A stretch of DNA of 63,862 nucleotides, the filler included, from an uncultured bacterium (GTDB lineage: Bacteria; CAYJRR01): NCBI GenBank assembly GCA_964372275.1. It is 8 parts of 8 records of this genome, joined end to end, with 100 filler letters (N's around TTAATTAATTAA, not from the genome) between each part and the next. Parts side by side here need not be neighbours in the genome. Positions count along the whole stretch, not along the records: positions 1 to 8,619 come from CAYJRR010000162.1; positions 8,720 to 17,305 come from CAYJRR010000163.1; 6 more parts are not named here. One strand, written 5' to 3'. Shown here in pieces: positions 1 to 9,330 of this stretch (its first letter is position 1; every line of letters begins with the position of its first letter). A program made the translations under genes and the position numbers. The notes below the pieces were generated by a model. It did no database searches. It saw only the letters and a list, made by a program, of their open reading frames with translations, and was not told where the DNA came from.

Positions 1-933
1 CGGTGGATGCGGGAGTACGGGATCGACGGCGTCTTCCTGCAGCGCTTCGTCCTGGAGCTATCGCCCGGATCGGATTCGTTCGCGCTGCGCAACCAGGTGG
101 CGCGCAACGTCCGCGATGGCGCCGAGGCGGAGGGTCGCGTCTTCGCGATGGAGTACGACATCTCCGGCGCCGATCCCGACACCTGGGTGGACGATCTCAA
201 GGCCGACTGGATCCACCTGGTCGACACCGTTGGGCTCACGCAGAGCGAGCGATACCTGCACCACGAGGGCCGCCCGGTGCTGGCCGTCTGGGGGTTCGGC
301 TTCCCCGACCGCCCGGGGACGCCGGCGCAGGCCGAAGCGTTGATCGACTGGCTCCGCACCGACGCACCGGAGCCGTATCGCGTGACGCTGGTCGGCGGTG
401 TGCCGTGGTGGTGGCGGACGCCGGAGGAGGCGGGCACCGATCCGAGTTGGGCGACGGTCTTCCGCTCGTTCGACGTCTTGACCCCGTGGACGGTCGGCGC
501 CTACGTCGACCAGGCCGGCGTGGATGGGTACAAGACGAGCCGCCTCGTCCCGGACCTGGCGGAGACCCAGGCCTACGGCATGGAGTTCCTGCCGACCGTC
601 TTCCCCGGCTTCTCCTGGAAGAACCTCCTCGACGGTCCCTACAACCAGATTCCGCGGAACGGCGGACGCTTCTTCTGGCGCCAGGCCTACAACGCGATGA
701 GCGCCGGCAGCACGATGCTCTTCGTCGCGATGTTCGACGAGGTCGACGAAGGGACCGCGATGTACAAGGTCGCCGCAACGGTGGCCGCGCAGCCCGCGCA
801 GGGGAGCTTTGTCCCCTACGACGTCGACGGCGAGGCGATCCCGAGCGACTTCTACCTGCGACTCGGCGGCGAGACGGGGAGGCGGATGCGAGATGAGGTT
901 CCGCTTTCCCCGGCGATGCCGATCACGCCGTAA
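1..933 (+). CDS. Glycoside hydrolase family 71/99-like protein (5' truncated by window)
   Basis: Open from base 1; motifs WMREYGIDGVFLQRF, YDISG, PTVFPGFSWKN, IPRNGGRFFWRQ, FVAMFDEVDEGTA. Confidence 0.75.
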   Translation, partial: RWMREYGIDGVFLQRFVLELSPGSDSFALRNQVARNVRDGAEAEGRVFAMEYDISGADPDTWVDDLKADWIHLVDTVGLTQSERYLHHEGRPVLAVWGFGFPDRPGTPAQAEALIDWLRTDAPEPYRVTLVGGVPWWWRTPEEAGTDPSWATVFRSFDVLTPWTVGAYVDQAGVDGYKTSRLVPDLAETQAYGMEFLPTVFPGFSWKNLLDGPYNQIPRNGGRFFWRQAYNAMSAGSTMLFVAMFDEVDEGTAMYKVAATVAAQPAQGSFVPYDVDGEAIPSDFYLRLGGETGRRMRDEVPLSPAMPITP

Positions 934-962
934 CGGTCGCGGCGTATGAGCCGGACCGAGTC

Positions 963-1060
963 TGAAAATGGAAAATGGAAAATGGAACACCGGCCAATGA
1001 AAAACGGGGCCGCGCCCGTTTCCCGTTGATCGGTTTTCCATTTTCCATTTTCCATTTTCA
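963..1060. repeat. 98-bp imperfect palindrome built from GAAAATG heptamer repeats
   Basis: (GAAAATG)x3 on the left arm and (CATTTTC)x3 on the right; 46-bp arms match at 40/46 positions around a GCCGCG loop (1009-1014). Confidence 0.9.
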
Positions 1061-1121
1061 ATTCCCTGCCTCGCGCCGCGAGCGAAGGCCGTTGTGAGGC
1101 GGCCGGGGTATCGTAGGAGCC

Positions 1122-1583
1122 ATGCTCAAGTTTGCCCGCCTCGCCCCACTCCTTCTCGCCACCGGCGCCTCCGCTCCCCTGAATCCGCTCGCCACGTCGG
1201 TGAAGGCGCCGATCCAGATCGACGCCGACGGTTTCCGCTACGGCGACGCGCCCCCGAACGTTCCCGCCGGCGCGACGATGGCGCTTCTGGAGGGGACGCC
1301 CTCCCATCCGGGGATCTTCACCGTGCGGATGAAGGTCCCGGCCGGGTACCGCCTCCCGCTGCATCGCCACGCCGCCGACGAACGGGTCACCGTCCTCTCC
1401 GGAGCGGTGCGCGTCGCGCTCGGAACCGACGCGCCGAAGGAACCGCCCAGACTCCTCGCGGCCGGCAGCTACTACGTGACCCCGGCCGGCGTCGCGCACC
1501 AGGTGACGGCGGACGAGGCTTCCACGTTGCAGATCACGGCGATCGGGCCGTGGACGTTCGAGGCGGTCACGCCGTCGAGATAG
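1122..1583 (+). CDS. Secreted cupin-domain protein (DUF4437-like)
   Basis: AGGAG RBS, signal peptide, cupin motifs PAGYRLPLHRH..DERVTVLSG and GSYYVTPAGVAH. Confidence 0.8.
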   Translation: MLKFARLAPLLLATGASAPLNPLATSVKAPIQIDADGFRYGDAPPNVPAGATMALLEGTPSHPGIFTVRMKVPAGYRLPLHRHAADERVTVLSGAVRVALGTDAPKEPPRLLAAGSYYVTPAGVAHQVTADEASTLQITAIGPWTFEAVTPSR

Positions 1584-1965
1584 GCGCGAGGACGAAGTCG
1601 GACCCTTTCGCCCGGTCGTGGAGCCGGCGCCGGCGGGTCGATTTCTTCCAGACCGATTCGCGCCGCAGGTCGGAGCGTCGCGCGTCGAGCTCGCGCAGGA
1701 GGATGCGCACCGCTCCGTCGAGCGCCCCGACGGCGTCGACCCTCGACTCCTCGGCGTGGATCCGCGCCCGCGGCATGTGGAGCGTGATGCCGGCGGTGGT
1801 GATCCCCTTGCGCGGATGGCGCTCCAGGCGGAGCTGCACGTGCAAGGAGTCGGGGGCGTAGGTCCGGAGCCGGCGCTCGAGCGTCGCCAGCTTGCGGTCG
1901 ATGCGTCGCCGGAGCGGCGGATCGGGCGGCAGCGCCTTGTGCACGACGCTCAACGACAGCGGCAC
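1567..1965 (-). CDS. HPF/RaiA-family ribosome-associated protein, short form
   Basis: HPF N-domain pattern LRRRIDRKLATLERRL...ITLHMP..RIHAEE...DAVGALDGAVRILLREL; start uncertain (GTG 1965 or ATG 2040). Confidence 0.65.
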   Translation of the reverse strand: MPLSLSVVHKALPPDPPLRRRIDRKLATLERRLRTYAPDSLHVQLRLERHPRKGITTAGITLHMPRARIHAEESRVDAVGALDGAVRILLRELDARRSDLRRESVWKKSTRRRRLHDRAKGSDFVLAPISTA

Positions 1966-2099
1966 GTACGGAAGTTCCACCGCCGCGACGCGGTCGCAAG
2001 CGGGCGAGGGGTCGCCGCCCGGAGATGAGCCGACGTTCATTTTTATTGACGCGGCGCGTTGCCCTCGGGCATCGTGCCGACGCTTTCGAGGAGACCGCC

Positions 2100-2747
2100 A
2101 TGGAACGATCGCGCGTCGCGACGCTCGGCCTTGTGCTCATCGCGCTCGGTTGCAACGACCAGGGGCTCGTCGAGGACGACGATCCGCCGTGCCGGTCGCT
2201 GACGGTGATGGAGATCCAGGCGTCGATCCCCCCCACGCCGACCGCCGACCTGATCGAGCAGAACGGCGTCGATCCGGAGTTCGACCTCTACTACGAGCCG
2301 AACTACCGGGCCGCCGTCCGGTTCACGAGCGAGAAGCTGGCGTGCGTATGGATCGAGCCCGGGACGACCTTCGTCGGACTTTCGGGCTCGGCCGATACGT
2401 CGGCCCCGTGGGGGGTCGACAACGCCGTGGTGCTGCAGTTCCTCGACCTCGGGGGGAACCACGTCGCCTTCGTCGCCGGCGGCGACGGCGATCTCGAGGC
2501 GGTGCGACACCTGCCGACCGGCGAATGGATCACGCGGTTGGCGACGGCGAGCGTCCCGGGGGCCGAGGTCGGGGTCCCGGACAATCCCGGCGGACTCTAC
2601 GGCTTCCCCTCGCGCGGCGAAGGGTCGTTCGACGTGCGCCCCTACTTCACGCCGGGGGTCCCGCTCGTGGTGCGCGTGAACACGCTCGACGAAGGGTTCG
2701 TCGGCAGCGCCACCGACCTGTTCCTGTTCGCCGATCGGGATGAATAG
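2100..2747 (+). CDS. Lipoprotein of unknown function, paralog A
   Basis: GAGGAG RBS before ATG 2100; lipobox IALGC; C-terminal domain strongly similar to the next gene. Confidence 0.8.
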   Translation: MERSRVATLGLVLIALGCNDQGLVEDDDPPCRSLTVMEIQASIPPTPTADLIEQNGVDPEFDLYYEPNYRAAVRFTSEKLACVWIEPGTTFVGLSGSADTSAPWGVDNAVVLQFLDLGGNHVAFVAGGDGDLEAVRHLPTGEWITRLATASVPGAEVGVPDNPGGLYGFPSRGEGSFDVRPYFTPGVPLVVRVNTLDEGFVGSATDLFLFADRDE

Positions 2748-2813
2748 AAGTTCATTGCCACGGCGCGGCGCGGTGCCGTAGACTCCCGGGCCCTACCGCC
2801 CTCGGGAGGACTC

Positions 2814-3809
2814 GTGACCGCCTCTCGCCGAATGCTTCGTGGGATGCTTCGCTTCACCCTCCGGAGTGGAGCCGCCGTCGTGGGTCTTCTCGCGATCGGC
2901 TGCAACGACCAGGGCCTGGTCAAGGACGGTCCGCCGCGGATGCGGGTCGAACCGTCGCAGATCGACTTCGGGACGGTGGTGATCGGCGAGGAACCGGTCC
3001 GGTCGATCACGATCACCAACGTCGCCGGTCCCGGCAGCGCATCGCTGACGATCGTGGACGTGCGTCCCGAGGACGACCCGCGCATCGTGCTCGACGAGCC
3101 GCTCGATCTCCCGCTCACCGTCCCGCCGCAAGGGAGCGTGACCGTCTCGATCCGGTTCGTTCCCGACACCCACCTCCTCGAGACCGCCGCGCGGGTGGTG
3201 GTCGAGCCGGAAGAGGTCGAATCGGCCGAGGTCGACGTGGCGGGGGCGGGTCTGCTCTGCGAAGCGCTCGACGTCTTGAAGGTGCAGGACTGGATCTCGC
3301 CGACGGCGACGGTCGACCTGATCGAGCAGAACGGCGTCGACCCCGAGTTCGATCTCTACTACGCGCCCACCTACAAGGGCGCCGTGCGCTTCTCCGACCA
3401 GAAGATCGGTTGCGTGTGGGTCGAGCCCGGGACGACCTGGGTCGGGTTCTCCGGAACCGCCGACACGCAGGGACCGTGGGGGGTCGACAACGCGATCGTC
3501 GTCGAGTTCTACGACCTCGAGGAGAACCATCTCGGCTGGACCTCCGGCGGCGACGGCGACCTGGAGGCGGTGCGTCACCTCCCGACCGGCGAGCTGCTCC
3601 CGTCGATGGCGACGGCGAGCGTGCAAGGCCAGTACGTCAACGTCCCCGACAACCCCTACGGCCTCTACGGCTTCCCATCGCGCGGCTCCGGCGCCTTCAA
3701 CCTGCTCCCCTTCTTCGCGCCCAACGAGCCGGTGATCTTCCGCTTCAACACCCTCGACGAAGGGGCGGTGGCGTCGGTCACCGATCTCTACCTCTTCGCC
3801 GATCCGTAG
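2814..3809 (+). CDS. Lipoprotein of unknown function, paralog B, with an extra Ig-like (ASH/choice-of-anchor-D-like) domain
   Basis: GGAGG RBS; lipobox LAIGC; VEPSQIDFGTV...ITITN...SVTVSIRFVP Ig-like signature followed by the shared domain. Confidence 0.8.
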   Translation: MTASRRMLRGMLRFTLRSGAAVVGLLAIGCNDQGLVKDGPPRMRVEPSQIDFGTVVIGEEPVRSITITNVAGPGSASLTIVDVRPEDDPRIVLDEPLDLPLTVPPQGSVTVSIRFVPDTHLLETAARVVVEPEEVESAEVDVAGAGLLCEALDVLKVQDWISPTATVDLIEQNGVDPEFDLYYAPTYKGAVRFSDQKIGCVWVEPGTTWVGFSGTADTQGPWGVDNAIVVEFYDLEENHLGWTSGGDGDLEAVRHLPTGELLPSMATASVQGQYVNVPDNPYGLYGFPSRGSGAFNLLPFFAPNEPVIFRFNTLDEGAVASVTDLYLFADP

Positions 3810-3925
3810 GGACGCGAGGAACGCCGACCGGCGCGCGGCGGGAACGCCACACACGGCCGGGGAGTCGATGGGACGACCGGCGCGGCCGTTCCCCCCTAAC
3901 CCGTTGATCCGCCGCATTCCGGTCG

Positions 3926-3941
3926 CGGTATGGGGATTGCT
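3926..3941 (+). promoter_or_regulatory. Putative sigma54 -24/-12 promoter with an upstream IHF-like site (3897-3909)
   Basis: CGGTAT-GGGGA-TTGCT; GATCAACGGGTTA on the minus strand resembles IHF WATCAANNNNTTR. Confidence 0.55.
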
Positions 3942-3956
3942 TCGCTCGCCCGCCCC

Positions 3957-4871
3957 ATGCGACCGACCTTCGCGTTTCTCTCCGTCTTCGCCACGCTCCT
4001 CCTCGCCCACGCGCAGGCGGCGCCGGTCGCCGGCGAGTGTTCCCCGAGCGCGCCGGCCGCGCTCACCGGCGTCGGCGCGTCGGTCCGCGCGGCCCAGGCG
4101 CGGACCGAGCCGCCCGTCGGAACGATTCGCTTCGACGTCCGGGACGGACGCTGGGAGGAGACCCGGGAGACCAACGGCAGTCGCTCCGGCCGTCTGTTCC
4201 AGGGGGCGCCGATCGAGCTGATCTCGGCGCCGACCCGCTTCCCGCGATGCGGCAACGAGCGCGTCACCGCCTACGTCCGGACCGACGACGGCGTCGTCCA
4301 CGCGCTGCCGATGGGGGGCTACGACGCGGCGAGCAACCGCTACTCCGCCTGGTTCCTTCCGCCCACGGGCGCGCGTTCGATCGACGTCTGGTTCAAGTCG
4401 GAGAAGACCCGGTCGAACCGCTGGGGATCCGCGCTCGAGACCTGCACTGAGTGGGACTCCGACTTCGGCGGCAACTACCACTTCGACCTCACGCCGTACG
4501 AGCCGTCGGTGGCGATCTTCCCCGCGGACGCCGCCGCCGGGCCGGTCCTCGACAAGCCGCTCGCCGCCGGCGGCGCGCTTGCCCTCGACTACGATCCGGC
4601 GCGACTCACCGGCTGCCGGTCGTCGCACCGCGGCTACCCGACCTGGCAGATCACCGCACATGCCCGCTTCGACGACGGTACGGAGAAGAGGGCCGTCGTC
4701 GTCGAGAACGGCCGACCGTCGACGCGGTTTCCGGTGATCGCGATCCCGGAGGGGGCCACGAGCGCCGAGGTCTGGTTCGAAAACCTCGGCCTCTACCCCG
4801 GCGACCGGCCGGTCTCGTGCCGGGCGTTCGATTCGAAGTACGGCGCCAACTACCGCTTCGAGATCCGCTGA
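3957..4871 (+). CDS. Secreted DUF6209-like protein with two repeated modules
   Basis: Signal peptide; two modules ending VWF...C..WDS.FG.NY.F and VWFEN...C.AFDSKYGANYRF; YDPARLTGCR motif of myxobacterial DUF6209 proteins. Confidence 0.6.
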   Translation: MRPTFAFLSVFATLLLAHAQAAPVAGECSPSAPAALTGVGASVRAAQARTEPPVGTIRFDVRDGRWEETRETNGSRSGRLFQGAPIELISAPTRFPRCGNERVTAYVRTDDGVVHALPMGGYDAASNRYSAWFLPPTGARSIDVWFKSEKTRSNRWGSALETCTEWDSDFGGNYHFDLTPYEPSVAIFPADAAAGPVLDKPLAAGGALALDYDPARLTGCRSSHRGYPTWQITAHARFDDGTEKRAVVVENGRPSTRFPVIAIPEGATSAEVWFENLGLYPGDRPVSCRAFDSKYGANYRFEIR

Positions 4872-4890
4872 TCCGACGGTACGAGAAGGA

Positions 4891-4923
4891 AAGGGCCCGG
4901 GTCGTTTTCGACTCCGGGCCCTT
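4891..4923. terminator. Stem-loop terminator between the convergent DUF6209-like gene and tRNA-fMet
   Basis: AAGGGCCCGG-GTCG-TTTT-CGAC-T-CCGGGCCCTT; pyrimidine tract follows on the minus strand. Confidence 0.7.
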
Positions 4924-4927
4924 CGGG

Positions 4928-5001
<74 letters not shown>

Positions 5002-5014
5002 TCAAGTGGCGGGC

Positions 5015-5043
5015 ACTTAAGCAGGCGGACTTCCGCCTGTCAA
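5015..5043 (-). promoter_or_regulatory. Sigma70-type promoter of tRNA-fMet
   Basis: TTGACA-N17-TTAAGT just upstream of the tRNA. Confidence 0.65.
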
Positions 5044-5055
5044 CGTCCCAAATCG

Positions 5056-5892
5056 ATGGTTGAGATCCGGCCGCGGAGAAAGGGATTCGCAGCGGTCCTG
5101 GCGGCCGCCCTCGCGGGCGTCGGGCTCGCCGTCGCGGCGCCGACGCTCGCGCACCGGGCGCTCTTTCCGGGGGACGCCACCCCCTTCCCGCCGGAGCCGA
5201 CGCTCGGGAACCTGGCCCCCGGCGCGCGCGTGCTGGCCCCCCCCCGAGCGCGCGTGGCCGCGCGAAGCGCCGGTCCGACGTGGCGGGCGGTCGTCGTGCC
5301 GGCGCGCGGAACGCGCCGGGCGCGCGTCGTCTACCTCCATGCCACCAACCAGTCGGCCGCCGACGGACTTCTGTTCGCCGCCGACCTTTCCGCGCGGGGA
5401 CTCGACGTGCTGCTTCCCGAGCACCGGGGCTACGGCGGTCTCCCGGGCCGGCCCTCGGTGCCGGCGCTGATCGAGGACGCCGAGGCGGCGATCGACGCGG
5501 CCGGCTGGCCCCCGGGCGAAACGGTTCTGGTCGGTCGCTCCCTCGGCGCCGCGACCGCGACCGCGCTCGCCGCCCGCGGGCGCGGCCGCGCGCTCGTGCT
5601 GCTGTCGCCGTTCGCCCGACTCGACGATCTGGCCGGTCCCGCCCGCATCGCCTTCGCGCGCGAGGACCGCGTCGACCTCGAGCGGCGGCTGGTGCAGGTC
5701 GAGGTGCCGGTCACGGTCCTCCACGGCACGCGCGACCGGCTGATCCCGTTCCACATGGGGCGATCGCTCGCGGAGCGGTCGGGGGCGGCGTTCGTTCCGC
5801 TGCCCGGCGCCGGCCACAACGACCTGTTCCTCCCCCCCGCCCGCGCCGCCGTCCTCGACGCGATCGTGTCGGCCGCTAGTGGCCGCGGGTGA
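5056..5892 (+). CDS. Alpha/beta hydrolase (ABHD13-like)
   Basis: EHRGYG, GRSLG nucleophile elbow, HGTRDRLIP, GAGHND. Confidence 0.85.
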   Translation: MVEIRPRRKGFAAVLAAALAGVGLAVAAPTLAHRALFPGDATPFPPEPTLGNLAPGARVLAPPRARVAARSAGPTWRAVVVPARGTRRARVVYLHATNQSAADGLLFAADLSARGLDVLLPEHRGYGGLPGRPSVPALIEDAEAAIDAAGWPPGETVLVGRSLGAATATALAARGRGRALVLLSPFARLDDLAGPARIAFAREDRVDLERRLVQVEVPVTVLHGTRDRLIPFHMGRSLAERSGAAFVPLPGAGHNDLFLPPARAAVLDAIVSAASGRG

Positions 5893-6673
5893 GGCTCAAG
5901 ACGATCTCGAAGACGATCAACAGGACGATCGCCAGTTCCAGCACCACCAGCCGCCGGTCGCGCGCGACGTCGAGCACGAGCTCCAGCGCCTCCTGGACGC
6001 TGCGGAGCTTCGACTCGAGCGCCTGGTAGCGGTCGACCAGGTCGAACTCGGCGCGCAGGTCGGTGTAGATGTGGTCCATCGCCGGGTCGTCCCAGGTCGC
6101 GTCGGGCTTGTCGAGCAGGTGCAGCACCTGCAATACCTCGCTGCGGATGCCGATCGCCTCGCCGATGAAACGGTGAAGCGGGCGTACCCGCACCGGAACG
6201 GTCCCCCGGCGCTCCAGCCTGTCGACCAGCTGCTCGGTTCGATCGAAGAGGCGGTCGACGATCCGCTCGTAGTACTCCATTGCGGCGCTCTGCGCGAGCG
6301 GCAGCGCCACGATCGCGGCCCGCGCCGGGGTGAGCCGGTCGACCGTCAACACCCCGTCGGCGATTCCGGCCGGCGCCGCGGGATCCTCGCGGACCTGGAA
6401 CTCCTCGCGAACCACCTGCGTCGTCAGACCGGGCCGCGCGCGGTGGATGCGTGCGAGCTCCTCGTCGCGGCGCGCCGCGGGGAGGTCGTGGAAGGCGACC
6501 GCGCCGAACGGGTAGACGAACACGTCCCCCCCGCACGCCGCACCCTCTGCGGCGAACGAGAGGTGGATCTCGTGCGCGGTCGCTTTCGCCCCGGGCAGAT
6601 GGGGGGCGAGGTCCCGCATCGACAGGTTCTCCTCGAAGGCGACCGCGTTGAAGTAGTGGACCCGCGGCTCCAT
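5876..6673 (-). CDS. RMD1/DUF155 (YagE) family protein
   Basis: VFVYPFGAVAF, LAQSAAMEYYE, LLDKPDATW, EFDLVDRYQALESKL, LELAIVLLIVFE. Confidence 0.85.
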   Translation of the reverse strand: MEPRVHYFNAVAFEENLSMRDLAPHLPGAKATAHEIHLSFAAEGAACGGDVFVYPFGAVAFHDLPAARRDEELARIHRARPGLTTQVVREEFQVREDPAAPAGIADGVLTVDRLTPARAAIVALPLAQSAAMEYYERIVDRLFDRTEQLVDRLERRGTVPVRVRPLHRFIGEAIGIRSEVLQVLHLLDKPDATWDDPAMDHIYTDLRAEFDLVDRYQALESKLRSVQEALELVLDVARDRRLVVLELAIVLLIVFEIVLSLTRGH

Positions 6674-6727
6674 CGGAGGATCGTACATGGATTCCGATCG
6701 CGGCGCCGGGTAGGATCCGGCGCCGTC

Positions 6728-7039
6728 ATGCCCTCGATCGACGAGCTGGAGACGTTGACCCGGCAGTTTCCGGACAAGGCCTTTCCGCGATACGGCCTGG
6801 CGATGGAGTACAAGAAGGCCGGGCGCATCGACGAGGCGGTGCGCGAATTTCGCGAGGCGATGCGCCTCGACGCCGACTACGTGGCGGCGTGGTTCCAGTG
6901 CGGGTTGGCGCTCGAATCGGCGGGCCGGATCGAGGAGGCGAGGGCGGTGCTGACCGAGGGCCTCGCCGTCGCCCAGCGCGTCGGCAACGCGCACGCCGCG
7001 AGCGAGATCGCCGGCACCCTGTCCCAGCTCCGAACCTAG
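6728..7039 (+). CDS. Small TPR-repeat protein
   Basis: FPRYGLAMEY...DYVAAWFQCGLALE...GNAHAASEI TPR pattern. Confidence 0.85.
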   Translation: MPSIDELETLTRQFPDKAFPRYGLAMEYKKAGRIDEAVREFREAMRLDADYVAAWFQCGLALESAGRIEEARAVLTEGLAVAQRVGNAHAASEIAGTLSQLRT

Positions 7040-8619
7040 GGAGAGGACCGCAGATCCCGCAGGGCGGCGTCGGCGGCGGTCGAATCGGGGCAGCGCTTGC
7101 GGAACGTCTCGAGGCCGGCGACGGCGCTGGTGCGCAGGCCGTGCGCGTGGAGGAGTCTTGCGATCTCCACCGCCCCTTCGCCGCCGCACGTGCGGCGCCC
7201 CTCGGCTTCTCGCGCCGCGGCCAGCGCCCCTTGCAGGTCCCCCCGACGGTCGCGGAATCGCGCCAGCTCGACGAGCGGTCTCGGTTCGAGCGGCGCCAGG
7301 TCGGCTGCGCGGCGCCAGGCCGTTTCGGCGCGGGCCGGATCGCCGTCGCGCGCCTCGGCCTCCGCGAGCCGCCGCCAGCGCTCCGGGTCCGAGGCGGCGT
7401 GCGACGCGGCGCAACGCAGGTCGGCCAAGCCGGCCTGTCCGGATCGAAGACCGGCGCGAAGGGTCAGCAGCTCGAGGACGGCAGGATCGACGGGCGAGCC
7501 ACCGGGGGCATCGCAGGAAAACCCCCACGCGGCGAGCCCCCGATCGATCCACGTCAACGCCGCGCCGGCCTCGCCGCGGGTGACGGCCGACTTCGCCACG
7601 GCGGCGGCGGTCCCCTTCGGGTCGAGCGCGGCGGCGTCGATTCGAGCCGCCTCCGCCGACTCTCCGAAGCCCCTCGCGTCGGCCTCGGCCGCGAACGTCA
7701 TCAACGCCGGCGCCGTCTCGGGCACCGCCCGGCGCGCGTCGGCGGCGTCGATCCCCGCTTCGTCGAGGGCGAGCGCAAGCGTCGTCGGGAGGATCGCCGG
7801 GTCGGTTACGGCGGCGGCCCGCAGCTCGTCGAGCCCCTCCTCGATCCGCCGGGCCCCGAACAGCGCCTCGGCGCGGGCGCGCCGCCACGCGGGGTTCGCC
7901 GGATCGAGTTCCACGGCGCGGGCCAGCTCCTCGAAGCCGGCTTCGTCGCGGCCGAAGAGCAGCTCCAGCCGTCCACGCTCGACGCGCATCGCCGGATCGC
8001 GCGGCTTCGTCTCGAGGGCGCGGCGGAGATGGAAGAGCGCCGCGGCGAACGCGTCGGGATCGCCGTTCCTCCCGCGCGCGAGGCTATGCTCGGCGCGTCC
8101 CCGCCAGGCGGTCGCCGACCAGGGGGCGATGCGCGTCGCCCGTTCGCGCTCGGCGGCCGATCCGGTGGCCCAATGGCCGGCGAGCTGGTCGGCCGAGACG
8201 AAGGCCGTGCCGGCGACGAGCGCCAATGCGGCGACCGCCCCGGCCAGACGCTCGGCGCGGGGGGCCGGCGGATCGCCGGGGTCGGGTCCGTGGAGGCGCC
8301 GGCCGGTGCGGACGACGGCCGACGCGCCGACCGCAATCCCCGCCAGCCAGGCCGTCTCGACGACCAGCAGCGGGATTCGAAGCGGAAAGTCGACCCATCC
8401 GTGGAGGAGGACGAGCCCCACTCCCACGCCGGCTGCCGCCGCGATCGACCCCATCGGCCGGTCCTCGCGCCGCGCGGCGAGGACCGGCCGGGCGATCGCG
8501 GTCAGGGCGAGGGCCGCCGCCGCCGCGCCGATCAGTCCGACCTCGACCAGGAGCTCGAGCGGTTCGCAGTGGGCGTGGTCGACGCGGTACGGGACCGACG
8601 GTGATCGATGCGCCGGAAA
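7036..8619 (-). CDS. O-antigen ligase (Wzy_C) family protein with C-terminal TPRs (5' truncated)
   Basis: Frame open to contig end; HAHCEPLELLVEVGLIG and LLHGWVDFPLRIP motifs, then TPR-like helices. Confidence 0.75.
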   Translation of the reverse strand, partial: FPAHRSPSVPYRVDHAHCEPLELLVEVGLIGAAAAALALTAIARPVLAARREDRPMGSIAAAAGVGVGLVLLHGWVDFPLRIPLLVVETAWLAGIAVGASAVVRTGRRLHGPDPGDPPAPRAERLAGAVAALALVAGTAFVSADQLAGHWATGSAAERERATRIAPWSATAWRGRAEHSLARGRNGDPDAFAAALFHLRRALETKPRDPAMRVERGRLELLFGRDEAGFEELARAVELDPANPAWRRARAEALFGARRIEEGLDELRAAAVTDPAILPTTLALALDEAGIDAADARRAVPETAPALMTFAAEADARGFGESAEAARIDAAALDPKGTAAAVAKSAVTRGEAGAALTWIDRGLAAWGFSCDAPGGSPVDPAVLELLTLRAGLRSGQAGLADLRCAASHAASDPERWRRLAEAEARDGDPARAETAWRRAADLAPLEPRPLVELARFRDRRGDLQGALAAAREAEGRRTCGGEGAVEIARLLHAHGLRTSAVAGLETFRKRCPDSTAADAALRDLRSSP

Positions 8620-8719
8620 NNNNNNNNNNNNNNNNNNNNNNNNNNNNNNNNNNNNNNNNNNNNTTAATTAATTAANNNNNNNNNNNNNNNNNNNNNNNNN
8701 NNNNNNNNNNNNNNNNNNN
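8620..8719. other. Artificial contig linker; also at 17306-17405, 25907-26006, 34342-34441, 42714-42813, 51028-51127, 59198-59297
   Basis: Identical 100-nt N-TTAATTAATTAA-N spacers with stops in all six frames. Confidence 0.99.
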
Positions 8720-8720
8720 G

Positions 8721-9059
8721 AAGGAGCCGATCTCGCTGGAGACGCCGATCGGCGAGGAGGAGGATTCGCACCTCGGCGACTTCATCGAGGACAAGAACAT
8801 CCTCTCCCCGAGCGAGGCGGTGATCGGGATGAACCTCTCGGAGCAGACCCGAAAGGTCCTGTCGACCCTGACGCCGCGCGAGGAGAAGGTGCTGCGGATG
8901 CGGTTCGGGATCGGCGAGAAGTCGGACCACACCCTCGAAGAGGTCGGTCAGGACTTCGAAGTGACCCGCGAGCGGATCCGCCAGATCGAGGCCAAAGCCC
9001 TCCGCAAGCTACGGCACCCGTCCCGCTCCAAGCGCCTCAAGGCCTTCATAGAAACCTAG
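8721..9059 (+). CDS. rpoD: RNA polymerase sigma factor RpoD, C-terminal part
   Basis: [24 protein letters not shown]...[33 protein letters not shown]. Confidence 0.97.
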   Translation, partial: KEPISLETPIGEEEDSHLGDFIEDKNILSPSEAVIGMNLSEQTRKVLSTLTPREEKVLRMRFGIGEKSDHTLEEVGQDFEVTRERIRQIEAKALRKLRHPSRSKRLKAFIET

Positions 9060-9070
9060 CCGTCGTACAC

Positions 9071-9147
9071 GGGCCCGTAGCTCAGTTGGTCAGAGCTGAC
9101 GGCTCATAACCGTTTGGTCCCTGGTTCGAGTCCAGGCGGGCCCACCA
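9071..9147 (+). tRNA. tRNA with CAT anticodon, probably tRNA-Ile2 (lysidine)
   Basis: GGGCCCGTAGCTCAGTTGGTCAGAGC...CTCATAA...GGTTCGAGTCC...GGGCCCACCA; acceptor stem and position after rpoD fit Ile2. Confidence 0.9.
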
Positions 9148-9266
9148 GTGTTCCTTCGACGCGATAAAGGAGTGCCTTCGAGGCGCTGGTGGATTTGGCC
9201 GAGGCGAGGTGTCGCTCGCCCCGGGGCCCGGGGGGAGCCTAGCACCGGGGGGCGGGACTTTCCTCA

Positions 9267-9295
9267 TTGACGGGGCCGACGTCGACCGTTACCTT
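9267..9295 (+). promoter_or_regulatory. Sigma70-type promoter
   Basis: TTGACG-N17-TACCTT upstream of the DUF164 gene. Confidence 0.55.
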
Positions 9296-9330
9296 GCGCG
9301 CTTCATTCGGGCCATTCGGAGGAAGGTCGG

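Noticed and set aside
9254..9265. GAGGAAAGTCCC on the minus strand, resembling the RNase P 5' motif (possible second rnpB)
   Set aside because: No matching 3' ACAGAA...GGCTTA motif or P4 partner, and too little room before the tRNA; probably chance
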